Positions 1 through 7,499 of a stretch of DNA of 15,370 nucleotides are shown here, piece after piece. Under the pieces are notes generated by a model. That model was not told where the DNA came from, ran no database searches, and was given only the letters and a program-made list of their open reading frames with translations. Every line of letters begins with the position of its first letter. The first letter of the stretch is position 1. Source of the DNA: a virus; the UHGV virus genome UHGV-0225464, one strand, 5' to 3'. Position numbers and translations under genes: made by a program.

Positions 1-96
1 ATTATTGATTTTTGGCGAAACCATTTGATCATATGACAAGATGTGTATCTACCTTAACTTAATGATTTTGATAAAAATCATTAGGGGATTCATCAG
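1..96 (-). mobile_element. Terminal 96 bp of an IS10-like (IS4 family) element, outside-end type; the transposase body would lie off-window to the left
   Basis: Reverse complement of 1-96 reads CTGATGAATCCCCTAATGATTTTTATCAAAATCATTAAGTTAAGGTAGATACACATCTTGTCATATGATCAAATGG..., which matches the IS10/Tn10 outside end as I recall it, with a few substitutions. A GATC site sits at 27-30 where IS10 has its Dam site. Recalled from memory, not searched. Confidence 0.7.
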
Positions 97-514
97 GGCC
101 AAGCCACCAATTTACGTAATTAGCCACAGAGATACAATATTTTAGTTTACTTATGTATTTCTGAAGCATGTCTTTGCGCAGTATCGTCGCCGTATTCCCA
201 CATGAACAGAGACCGCAGCCCTACCGGGAGACTCCTCTGCGCGAGTGTGCGGGGATAATCAAAAACGATACACACCGGGGTTTACCGCGTTAACGGAGCG
301 TGGCGTTGTCCCCTCATAGTCGCCTGTCCGGTGCGATGGTGGAAGAAGCCGGATGTTTATCACTATTAATTGATGACACAGAAATTGATTCATTGAATTT
401 CAGCACGTTTTTGTATTCGTGTTATTGAACATCTGTTTATTTTACTTTTAACATATTGATAATAAAAAGAGCTGTAAATCTTTAGATGAGTCGATTTTGT
501 CCGGGGAAGTTCAA

Positions 515-655
515 ATGGATTTTATGCTGACGGTTTCTGGTGTGGTTATCCTGTCCATTGCTTATACTGCAGATAAATATGGCTGCCATTTGTTATCACG
601 TATTGGCGCTTATTGTTCGTTGATGCTGATTTTCTCGTCGCTTTTTTTTGAGTAA
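515..655 (+). CDS. Hypothetical 46-aa hydrophobic small protein (MDFMLTVSGVVILSIAYTADKYGCHLLSRIGAYCSLMLIFSSLFFE)
   Basis: ATG at 515 to TAA at 653-655, read by hand; below the 60-aa cutoff of the ORF track. GGGGAAG lies 5-6 nt upstream as a possible ribosome-binding site, and the product has two hydrophobic stretches. No homolog recognised. Confidence 0.3.
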   Translation: MDFMLTVSGVVILSIAYTADKYGCHLLSRIGAYCSLMLIFSSLFFE

Positions 656-787
656 GTTATATTAATTATAACAAATAATTTTCTGTGTTATTTTTTCAGG
701 CTATCCCGTCAGAGGGGAAGCCTGTACTGCCGGGGAGCGAATGGAAAACTGATGTGTCCGGTAACTGCGTGTTCTGTGAACACCATG

Positions 788-973
788 TTACTTAATTATG
801 TAATTCATACCCGAACTCTCTGTTGACAGCCTTCTTCTGCAGGCTTCAATAACCCACGCTGAAAAGTTTCCTGAACCTTTCAGATCAAGAGCGATGTTAA
901 TTTGTTCAATCATCTGGTTTGGAAATCGGATGTTGCGGGTTGTTGTTCTGCGGGTTCTGTTCTTTGATGACAT
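788..973 (-). CDS. DUF3950 / YlcI-YnfO family small protein, homolog of the small ORF at the right end of phage lambda
   Basis: 61-aa minus-strand ORF (MSSKNRTRRTTTRNIRFPNQMIEQINIALDLKGSGNFSAWVIEACRRRL...) closely matches my recollection of the lambda right-end ORF (MSTKNRTRRTTTRNIRFPNQMIEQINIALEQKGSGNFSAWVIEACRRRL...). The flanking DNA up to cos (974-1179) is also lambda-like. Confidence 0.6.
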   Translation of the reverse strand: MSSKNRTRRTTTRNIRFPNQMIEQINIALDLKGSGNFSAWVIEACRRRLSTESSGMNYIIK

Positions 974-1179
974 AATGTTTCCCCATATTCAGTGTTGCTG
1001 ATTTGTATTATCTGAAGTTGCTTTTACGTTAATTTGACGCAGATCAATTAATACGATACCTGCGTCATAATTGATTATTTCTCGTGGTTTGATGGCGTAC
1101 ACACATGTTGTGATAAACCTTATATAGATGATAATCATTATCATTTCGTGGGTCCTTTCCGGCGATCCGACCGGTTACG

Positions 1180-1191
1180 GGGCGGCGACCT
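1180..1191 (+). other. cosN 12-nt cohesive end (GGGCGGCGACCT), terminase nicking site
   Basis: GGGTCCTTTCCGGCGATCCGACCGGTTACG|GGGCGGCGACCTCGCGGATTTTCACTATTTATGAAAATTTTCCGG is nearly identical to the lambda right-end/left-end junction as recalled, and sits immediately upstream of the small terminase gene. Confidence 0.85.
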
Positions 1192-1228
1192 CGCGGATTT
1201 TCACTATTTATGAAAATTTTCCGGGATC

Positions 1229-1327
1229 CATGTCCGGTTTCTCTGCAAGTTAACCATATGAAAAATATAAAAACATGCTTTCCATGAACCGGACATGCGC
1301 AAAAAATAGACACTAAAACCGGACATG
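1229..1327. repeat. cosB-like region: three copies of an 11-bp motif AACCGGACATG (1229-1239 inverted; 1287-1297 and 1317-1327 direct), candidate small-terminase binding sites
   Basis: Exact repeats read from the sequence. The arrangement (one inverted site, an AT-rich spacer at 1241-1286, then two direct sites) mirrors lambda cosB R3-I1-R2-R1, but the motif differs from lambda R sites. Confidence 0.5.
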
Positions 1328-1374
1328 ACCGGTTTTGTTGTGATTGTGAGGTGAGAGTTTTTGCGAGGTGAGGA

Positions 1375-1884
1375 GTGGCTACGCAGACTGAAGTTGCCAG
1401 GCATTTAAGTCTGACCGATCGCCAGCTTCGCAGATTGCAGAAATTGCCGGGTGCCCCGATATCGAATAAGCGAGGGCAACTGGATCTGGATGCCTGGCGC
1501 GATTTTTACATATCGTATCTGAGAAGAAGTAAAAACGATGTGCCTGATGGCGATAGCGAAGACGACTATGAGGAGAAATTGCTTATTGCCAGATGGGAAC
1601 TGACAGCAGAACAGGCTGTTACACAGCAGTTAAAAAATGAGGTGTCAAAAGGAAAACTTATTGACACCGGGTTCTGTATTTTTGCCCTCAGCAAGCTGGC
1701 AATGGCGTTATCCAGTACGCTTGATTCCATCCCTTTATCCATGCAGCGACAGTTTCCTGATTTAACACCGCGCCATCTTGACCATCTGAAAACCCTTATT
1801 GCGAAGGGGGCAAATCAGTGTGCGCGGGCGGGGGATAAATTACCGGATTTACTCGATGAATATATCAGAGCAACAACTGAATAA
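1375..1884 (+). CDS. Terminase small subunit (lambda Nu1-like)
   Basis: 169-aa ORF directly downstream of cos with GTG start at 1375 preceded by GAGG. It resembles lambda Nu1 along its length, clearest in the C-terminal part (LSxQRxFP), and its 3' end overlaps the large-subunit start as in lambda. Confidence 0.8.
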   Translation: MATQTEVARHLSLTDRQLRRLQKLPGAPISNKRGQLDLDAWRDFYISYLRRSKNDVPDGDSEDDYEEKLLIARWELTAEQAVTQQLKNEVSKGKLIDTGFCIFALSKLAMALSSTLDSIPLSMQRQFPDLTPRHLDHLKTLIAKGANQCARAGDKLPDLLDEYIRATTE

Positions 1885-3784
1885 TATGATGAGTGCTGTC
1901 ACAACAGCATTACAGCCCCTGATAAGGGCATTGCCGGTGACGCCAGTTGAATGGGCTGATCAAAATTATTATCTGCCTAAAGAATCTTCATATGGTGAGG
2001 GAGAATGGAAAACGCTGCCGTTCCAGATCGCCATCATGAACAGCATGGGGAATGATCAGATCCGGACTGTTAATCTGATTAAATCTGCCCGTGTTGGCTA
2101 TACAAAGATGTTGCTGGGAGTCGCCGGGTATTTTATTGAGCATAAATCCCGAAACAGTCTGCTTTTTCAGCCCACGGATTCTGCCGCTGAAGATTTTATG
2201 AAGTCTCACGTGGAGGCGACGATTCGCGATGTTCCCTGCCTGAAAAAACTTTCTCCCTGGCTGGGACGTAAACATCGTGATAATACCATCACGCTGAAAC
2301 GCTTTTCATCGGGTGTGGGCTTCTGGTGCCTGGGCGGCGCTGCCGCCAAAAACTACCGTGAAAAATCCGTGGACGTGGTCTGCTATGACGAACTTTCCTC
2401 GTTCGAGCCGGATGTCGAAAAAGAGGGCTCGCCAACCCTGCTGGGGGATAAGCGTATTGAGGGCTCGGTATGGCCAAAATCCATTCGCGGCTCGACGCCT
2501 AAAATAAAAGGCTCCTGCCAGATCGAAAAAGCGGCCAACGAGTCGGCACATTTCATGCGTTTTTATGTGCCCTGCCCGCACTGCGGGGAGGAGCAGTATC
2601 TGAAATTTGGCGATGAGTCCACGCCTTTTGGCCTTAAATGGGAGAAGGACAGTCCCGAAAGTGTTTTCTACCTCTGTGAACATCATGGCTGCGTGATCCA
2701 TCAGTCTGAACTGGACCAGAGCAACGGGCGGTGGATCTGTGAAAACACGGGGATGTGGACCCGCGACGGTCTGACGTTTTTCAGCGCCGCGGATAATGAA
2801 ATTCCGCCGCCGCGCTCCATCACATTCCATATCTGGACGGCGTACAGTCCGTTCACCACCTGGGTACAGATTGTCTATGACTGGCTGGATGCACTGAAAG
2901 ATCCCAACGGCCTGAAAACCTTTGTGAACACCACGCTGGGCGAGACCTGGGAAGAGGCCGTGGGCGAAAAACTCGATCACCAGGTGCTGATGGATAAGGT
3001 TGTGCGTTACACGGCTGCGGTGCCTTCCCGGGTGGTTTATCTGACGGCGGGCATTGACTCGCAGCGAAACCGTTTTGAGATGTATGTCTGGGGATGGGCT
3101 CCGGGAGAGGAAGCCTTTCTGGTGGATAAAATCATCATTATGGGGCGTCCCGATGAGGAAGAGACGCTGTTACGTGTGGATGTGGCGATCAACAAAAAAT
3201 ACCGCCATGCAGACGGAACCGAAATGACCATTTCCCGTGTCTGCTGGGACACCGGGGGGATCGATGGCGAAATTGTCTATCAGAGGTCAAAAAAACACGG
3301 TGTTTTCCGGGTGCTGCCGGTAAAAGGTGCATCTGTTTATGGCAAGCCGGTGATCACCATGCCAAAAACCCGCAATCAGCGGGGCGTGTATCTGTGCGAA
3401 GTGGGGACGGACACCGCAAAAGAAATTCTCTATGCCCGTATGAAAGCCGATCCCACGCCTGCGGATGAAGCCACGTCGTATGCCATCCGTTTTCCTGATG
3501 ATCCGGAGATTTTTTCGCAGACAGAGGCGCAGCAACTGGTGGCGGAAGAGCTTGTGGAGAAGTGGGAAAAAGGAAAGATGCGTCTGCTGTGGGATAACAA
3601 AAAGCGGCGTAACGAAGCGCTGGACTGCCTGGTGTATGCCTACGCGGCATTACGTGTGTCCGTGCAACGCTGGCAACTTGATCTGGCTGTACTGGCAAAA
3701 TTCCGGGAAGAAGAGACGACCCGGCCAACCCTTAAAGAACTGGCAGCGAAGCTGTCCGGAGGAGTGAATGGTTACAGTCGCTGA
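1856..3784 (+). CDS. Terminase large subunit (lambda gpA-like)
   Basis: From ATG 1856 the product begins MNISEQQ...VEWADQNYYLPKESSYGEGEWKTLPFQ and contains KSARVGYTK (Walker A-like), closely matching lambda gpA as recalled. The track ORF begins at a TTG at 1799, so I prefer 1856. Confidence 0.93.
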   Translation: MNISEQQLNNMMSAVTTALQPLIRALPVTPVEWADQNYYLPKESSYGEGEWKTLPFQIAIMNSMGNDQIRTVNLIKSARVGYTKMLLGVAGYFIEHKSRNSLLFQPTDSAAEDFMKSHVEATIRDVPCLKKLSPWLGRKHRDNTITLKRFSSGVGFWCLGGAAAKNYREKSVDVVCYDELSSFEPDVEKEGSPTLLGDKRIEGSVWPKSIRGSTPKIKGSCQIEKAANESAHFMRFYVPCPHCGEEQYLKFGDESTPFGLKWEKDSPESVFYLCEHHGCVIHQSELDQSNGRWICENTGMWTRDGLTFFSAADNEIPPPRSITFHIWTAYSPFTTWVQIVYDWLDALKDPNGLKTFVNTTLGETWEEAVGEKLDHQVLMDKVVRYTAAVPSRVVYLTAGIDSQRNRFEMYVWGWAPGEEAFLVDKIIIMGRPDEEETLLRVDVAINKKYRHADGTEMTISRVCWDTGGIDGEIVYQRSKKHGVFRVLPVKGASVYGKPVITMPKTRNQRGVYLCEVGTDTAKEILYARMKADPTPADEATSYAIRFPDDPEIFSQTEAQQLVAEELVEKWEKGKMRLLWDNKKRRNEALDCLVYAYAALRVSVQRWQLDLAVLAKFREEETTRPTLKELAAKLSGGVNGYSR

Positions 3785-3974
3785 ACTGCAGGCGCTGCGT
3801 CAGGCGCGCCTTGATTTATTAACCGGTAAACGGGTGGTGTCTGTCCAGAAAGATGGTCGCAGAATTGAATATACGGCGGCCTCTCTGGATGAGCTTAACC
3901 GGGCGATCAATGATGCTGAGTTGGTACTGGGGACAACCCGCCGTCGCCGTCGTCCGCTGGGAGTGAGGTTATGA
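3768..3974 (+). CDS. Head-tail joining / head completion protein (lambda gpW-like)
   Basis: 68 aa with LLTGKRVVSVQKDGRRIEYTAASL, matching lambda W; overlaps the terminase 3' end and the portal start (ATGA). Confidence 0.9.
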   Translation: MVTVAELQALRQARLDLLTGKRVVSVQKDGRRIEYTAASLDELNRAINDAELVLGTTRRRRRPLGVRL

Positions 3975-5563
3975 AACGAAAGCCTGTCCTGATTGATGTG
4001 AACGGCGTTCCGCTTCGGGAGAGTCTCAGCTACAACGGGGGCGGTGCAGGATTTGGCGGGCAAATGGCAGAGTGGTTGCCACCCTCGCAGAGTGCCGATG
4101 CGGCCCTGCTGCCCGCGTTGCGTCTGGGGAATGCCCGTGCAGATGATCTGGTGCGCAATAACGGAATAGCGGCCAATGCGGTGGCCCTGCATAAGGATCA
4201 CATTGTCGGGCATATGTTTCTGATTAGCTACCGTCCGAACTGGCGCTGGCTGGGGATGCGGGAGACCGCGGCAAAAAGTTTTGTCGATGAGGTGGAGGCG
4301 GCCTGGTCAGAATACGCAGAAGGGATGTTTGGTGAGATCGACGTGGAAGGGAAACGCACGTTTACGGAATTTATCCGTGAAGGTGTGGGCGTTCATGCGT
4401 TTAACGGCGAAATCTTTGTGCAGCCGGTCTGGGATACGGAGAGCACGCAACTGTTTCGTACGCGTTTTAAAGCCGTGAGTCCGAAACGGGTGGACACGCC
4501 AGGACACGGTATCGGGAACCGTTTTCTGCGGGCCGGGGTGGAGGTTGATCGATATGGCCGTGCCGTTGCGTACCATATCTGTGAGGATGATTTTCCTCGC
4601 TCCGGGAGTGGACGATGGGAACGGATCCCGCGTGAACTTCCCACCGGGCGTCCGGCCATGCTGCATATTTTCGAGCCGGTGGAGGACGGGCAGACCCGTG
4701 GAGCCAATCAGTTTTACAGCGTTATGGAACGGCTGAAGATGCTGGATTCCCTGCAGGCAACACAGCTTCAGTCGGCCATAGTGAAGGCGATGTATGCAGC
4801 GACGATTGAAAGTGACCTTGATACCGAAAAGGCCTTTGAATATATCGCCGGTGCGCCGCAGGGGCAGAAGGATAATCCGCTTATTAATATTCTGGATAAG
4901 TTCTCCACCTGGTATGACACGAATAGCGTGACGCTGGGCGGTGTCAAAATTCCGCACCTTTTCCCCGGTGATGATCTGAAACTTCAGACCGCGCAGGATT
5001 CAGACAATGGATTTTCGGCGCTTGAACAGGCGCTGCTGCGGTATATCGCCGCCGGTCTTGGCGTTTCCTACGAACAGTTGTCCCGTGATTACTCGAAGGT
5101 CAGTTACTCAAGTGCCCGCGCATCCGCCAATGAGTCGTGGCGCTATTTTATGGGGCGGCGAAAATTTATTGCGTCCCGGCTGGCCACGCAGATGTTTTCC
5201 TGCTGGCTGGAAGAGGCACTTCTTCGGGGGATTATTCGTCCGCCACGGGCACGGTTTGATTTTTATCAGGCGCGATCAGCCTGGTCACGGGCTGAGTGGA
5301 TTGGAGCCGGAAGAATGGCCATTGACGGGCTCAAGGAGGTTCAGGAATCAGTGATGCGCATTGAGGCCGGACTGAGCACGTATGAGAAAGAGCTGGCGCT
5401 GATGGGCGAGGATTATCAGGACATTTTCCGCCAGCAGGTCAGGGAATCTGCTGAGCGGCAAAAAGCCGGACTCTCACGTCCGGTGTGGATAGCGCAGGCG
5501 TATCAGCAGCAGATAGCGGAGAGTCGCAGGCCGGAAGAGGAGACAACACCACGTGAGACGTAA
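3971..5563 (+). CDS. Portal protein (lambda gpB-like)
   Basis: 530 aa; long blocks match lambda B as recalled (RGNARADDLVRNNG, FEPVEDGQTRGAN, LQSAIVKAMYAATIES, LLRYIAAGLGVSYEQLSR, GRMAIDGLKEVQE). Confidence 0.95.
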   Translation: MKRKPVLIDVNGVPLRESLSYNGGGAGFGGQMAEWLPPSQSADAALLPALRLGNARADDLVRNNGIAANAVALHKDHIVGHMFLISYRPNWRWLGMRETAAKSFVDEVEAAWSEYAEGMFGEIDVEGKRTFTEFIREGVGVHAFNGEIFVQPVWDTESTQLFRTRFKAVSPKRVDTPGHGIGNRFLRAGVEVDRYGRAVAYHICEDDFPRSGSGRWERIPRELPTGRPAMLHIFEPVEDGQTRGANQFYSVMERLKMLDSLQATQLQSAIVKAMYAATIESDLDTEKAFEYIAGAPQGQKDNPLINILDKFSTWYDTNSVTLGGVKIPHLFPGDDLKLQTAQDSDNGFSALEQALLRYIAAGLGVSYEQLSRDYSKVSYSSARASANESWRYFMGRRKFIASRLATQMFSCWLEEALLRGIIRPPRARFDFYQARSAWSRAEWIGAGRMAIDGLKEVQESVMRIEAGLSTYEKELALMGEDYQDIFRQQVRESAERQKAGLSRPVWIAQAYQQQIAESRRPEEETTPRET

Positions 5564-7058
5564 TCTTTCACACATTATTGCCGCAGCATTCAATGAACCG
5601 CTGCTTCTGGAGCCCGCCTATGCGCGGGTTTTCTTTTGCGCGCTCGGGCGCGAGATGGGGGCAGCAAGTCTTTCGGTACCACAACAGCAGGTACAGCTTG
5701 ATGCACCCGGAATGCTGGCTGAAACGGACGAGTACATGGCCGGAGGTAAACGACCGGCCCGTGTTTACCGGGTGGTGAACGGTATTGCTGTACTGCCGGT
5801 GACAGGCACGCTGGTGCACCGGCTGGGGGGTATGCGGCCATTTTCCGGAATGACAGGCTATGACGGCATTGTCGCCTGTCTTCAGCAGGCAATGGCGGAT
5901 AGCCAGGTGCGGGGTGTACTGCTGGACATTGACAGTCCGGGCGGGCAGGCCGCCGGTGCGTTTGACTGTGCTGACATGATTTACCGCCTCCGTCAGCAGA
6001 AGCCGGTCTGGGCACTGTGCAATGACACGGCCTGTTCTGCAGCCATGCTGCTGGCGTCGGCCTGCTCCCGACGGCTGGTTACCCAGACATCCCGTATCGG
6101 CTCCATTGGCGTGATGATGAGCCATGTCAGCTATGCCGGTCATCTGGCGCAGGCCGGTGTGGATATCACGCTGATTTACTCAGGGGCGCACAAGGTGGAT
6201 GGCAATCAGTTTGAAGCGTTGCCGGAAGAGGTTCGCCAGGACATGCAGCAACGGATTGATGCGGCGCGCCGGATGTTTGCCGAAAAAGTGGCGATGTATA
6301 CCGGTCTGTCTGTTGATGCAGTCACGGGAACAGAGGCCGCCGTTTTTGAAGGTCAGTCCGGCATTGAGGCCGGGCTGGCGGATGAATTAATCAATGCGTC
6401 GGATGCCATCAGCGTGATGGCTGCGGCGCTGAACACACATGATACAGGAGGCACTATGCCGCAATTAACTGCAACGGAAGCTGCCGCGCAGGAGAACCAG
6501 CGAGTGATGGGGATCCTGGCGTGTCAGGAAGCGAAAGGACGTGAACACCTTGCCACGATGCTGGCAGGACAACAGGGCATGAGCGTTGAACAGGCCCGGG
6601 CGATTCTGACCGCGGCAGCACCACAGCAGCCGGTGGCATCCACGCAGAGTGAAGCCGATCGCATTATGGCGTGTGAAGAAGCTAAAGGTCGTGAACAACT
6701 GGCGGCAACGCTGGCGGCGATGCCGGATATGACGGTGGAAAAAGCCCGCCCGATCCTGGCGGCTTCACCGCAGGCGGATGCCGGACCCTCACTCCGTGAT
6801 CAGATTATGGCTCTGGATGAGGCAAAAGGGGCTGAGGCGCAGGCTGAAAAACTGGCGGCGTTTCCCGGAATGACGGTGGAGGCTGCCCGCGACATTCTGT
6901 CCTCATCGCCGGATAAAGCAGAACCGGTTTCTGCATCCACAACCGCCATGTTTGAACGCATCATGGCGAACCATTCACCGGCAGCCGTGCAGGGTGGCGT
7001 GTCACAGACGTCGGCAGACGGTGATGCGGACGTGAAAATGCTCATGGCCATGCCATGA
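5553..7058 (+). CDS. Head maturation protease / minor capsid protein C (S49 peptidase family, lambda gpC-like), with an extended C-terminal scaffold-like repeat region
   Basis: GTG start at 5553 after GGAAGAGGAG, overlapping the portal stop. The N-terminal two thirds matches lambda C (AFNEPLLLEPAYARVFF, ITLIYSGAHKVDGN); the C-terminus carries three copies of the IMxxxEAKG...PGMTVExAR motif that lambda has once. Confidence 0.9.
   Translation: MRRNLSHIIAAAFNEPLLLEPAYARVFFCALGREMGAASLSVPQQQVQLDAPGMLAETDEYMAGGKRPARVYRVVNGIAVLPVTGTLVHRLGGMRPFSGMTGYDGIVACLQQAMADSQVRGVLLDIDSPGGQAAGAFDCADMIYRLRQQKPVWALCNDTACSAAMLLASACSRRLVTQTSRIGSIGVMMSHVSYAGHLAQAGVDITLIYSGAHKVDGNQFEALPEEVRQDMQQRIDAARRMFAEKVAMYTGLSVDAVTGTEAAVFEGQSGIEAGLADELINASDAISVMAAALNTHDTGGTMPQLTATEAAAQENQRVMGILACQEAKGREHLATMLAGQQGMSVEQARAILTAAAPQQPVASTQSEADRIMACEEAKGREQLAATLAAMPDMTVEKARPILAASPQADAGPSLRDQIMALDEAKGAEAQAEKLAAFPGMTVEAARDILSSSPDKAEPVSASTTAMFERIMANHSPAAVQGGVSQTSADGDADVKMLMAMP
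6243..7058 (+). CDS. Possible scaffolding protein (lambda Nu3-like) made by in-frame internal initiation within C
   Basis: In lambda, Nu3 is the in-frame C-terminal part of C, starting at the Met of SRMDATRQMF. The aligned segment here (QDMQQRIDAARRMF) has in-frame ATGs at 6243 and 6273, with GGAAGAGG upstream. The exact start is inference. Confidence 0.3.
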   Translation: MQQRIDAARRMFAEKVAMYTGLSVDAVTGTEAAVFEGQSGIEAGLADELINASDAISVMAAALNTHDTGGTMPQLTATEAAAQENQRVMGILACQEAKGREHLATMLAGQQGMSVEQARAILTAAAPQQPVASTQSEADRIMACEEAKGREQLAATLAAMPDMTVEKARPILAASPQADAGPSLRDQIMALDEAKGAEAQAEKLAAFPGMTVEAARDILSSSPDKAEPVSASTTAMFERIMANHSPAAVQGGVSQTSADGDADVKMLMAMP

Positions 7059-7094
7059 AGTCAGTGCTGACCATCAATATGAGGTTTTAACAAA

Positions 7095-7442
7095 ATGGTG
7101 ACGAAAACCATCACTGAACAACGTGCGGAAGTACGTATTTTTGCCGGTAATGATCCGGCTCATACCGCCACAGGCAGCAGCGGGATTTCTCAGGCAACAC
7201 CGGCTCTGACGCCCCTGATGCTGGATGAAGCCAGCGGGAAACTGGTGGTCTGGGATGGACAGAAAGCCGGTAGTGCGGCTGGCATACTGGTACTGCCGCT
7301 TGAAGGCACAGAGACGGTGCTGACCTATTACAAGTCGGGGACCTTTGCGACGGAGGCAATCCGCTGGCCTGACAGTGTGGATGAACACAAAAAGGCAAAT
7401 GCCTTTGCCGGTACAGCCCTGAGTCACGCGGCTCTGCCGTAA
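7095..7442 (+). CDS. Head decoration protein (lambda gpD-like)
   Basis: 115 aa; DPAHTAT, TPLMLD, KLVVWDG, YYKSGTF and ANAFAGTA blocks match lambda D; GAGG ribosome-binding site upstream. Confidence 0.9.
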   Translation: MVTKTITEQRAEVRIFAGNDPAHTATGSSGISQATPALTPLMLDEASGKLVVWDGQKAGSAAGILVLPLEGTETVLTYYKSGTFATEAIRWPDSVDEHKKANAFAGTALSHAALP

Positions 7443-7450
7443 CACGTTAT

Positions 7451-7470
7451 CAGGCCACCATGGTGGCCTG
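7451..7470. other. Perfect 20-bp palindrome CAGGCCACCATGGTGGCCTG between the D and E genes, a potential RNA hairpin
   Basis: The 20-mer is its own reverse complement (read directly); it lies in the 57-bp D-E gap, 30 nt upstream of the E start codon. Confidence 0.4.
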
Positions 7471-7499
7471 ACTGATTTCTGAATGAAAGGAACTGATTT

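Noticed and set aside
168-293. 41-aa plus-strand ORF (MSLRSIVAVFPHEQRPQ...)
   Set aside because: No ribosome-binding site, no recognisable features and no conservation I can assert; kept only as a note in the finding on the unassigned region.
97-787. Possible tRNA or CRISPR array in the non-coding left arm
   Set aside because: No T-arm (GTTCGANTC-type) with pairing stems and no regularly spaced direct repeats; the GTTCAAAT at about 509-516 lacks a complementary stem.
1065-1404. Two minus-strand ORFs (82 and 66 aa) spanning the cos region
   Set aside because: They run across cosN and cosB, a region that is non-coding in lambda; compositionally odd products.
1799-1855. Upstream extension of the large terminase ORF
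   Set aside because: The 1799 codon is TTG and the added residues have no counterpart in lambda gpA; the ATG at 1856 gives the conserved MNIS... N-terminus.
2306-2980. 224-aa minus-strand ORF (and 1988-2275, 2289-2477 nearby)
   Set aside because: Antisense to the large terminase gene, which is strongly supported.
3465-3767. 100-aa plus-strand ORF inside the large terminase gene in another frame
   Set aside because: Embedded out-of-frame within a strongly supported gene; Arg/Trp/Cys-rich product typical of an off-frame artefact.
5568-6143. 191-aa and 141-aa minus-strand ORFs inside the C gene
   Set aside because: Antisense to the strongly supported protease gene; Arg/Pro-rich products typical of spurious frames.
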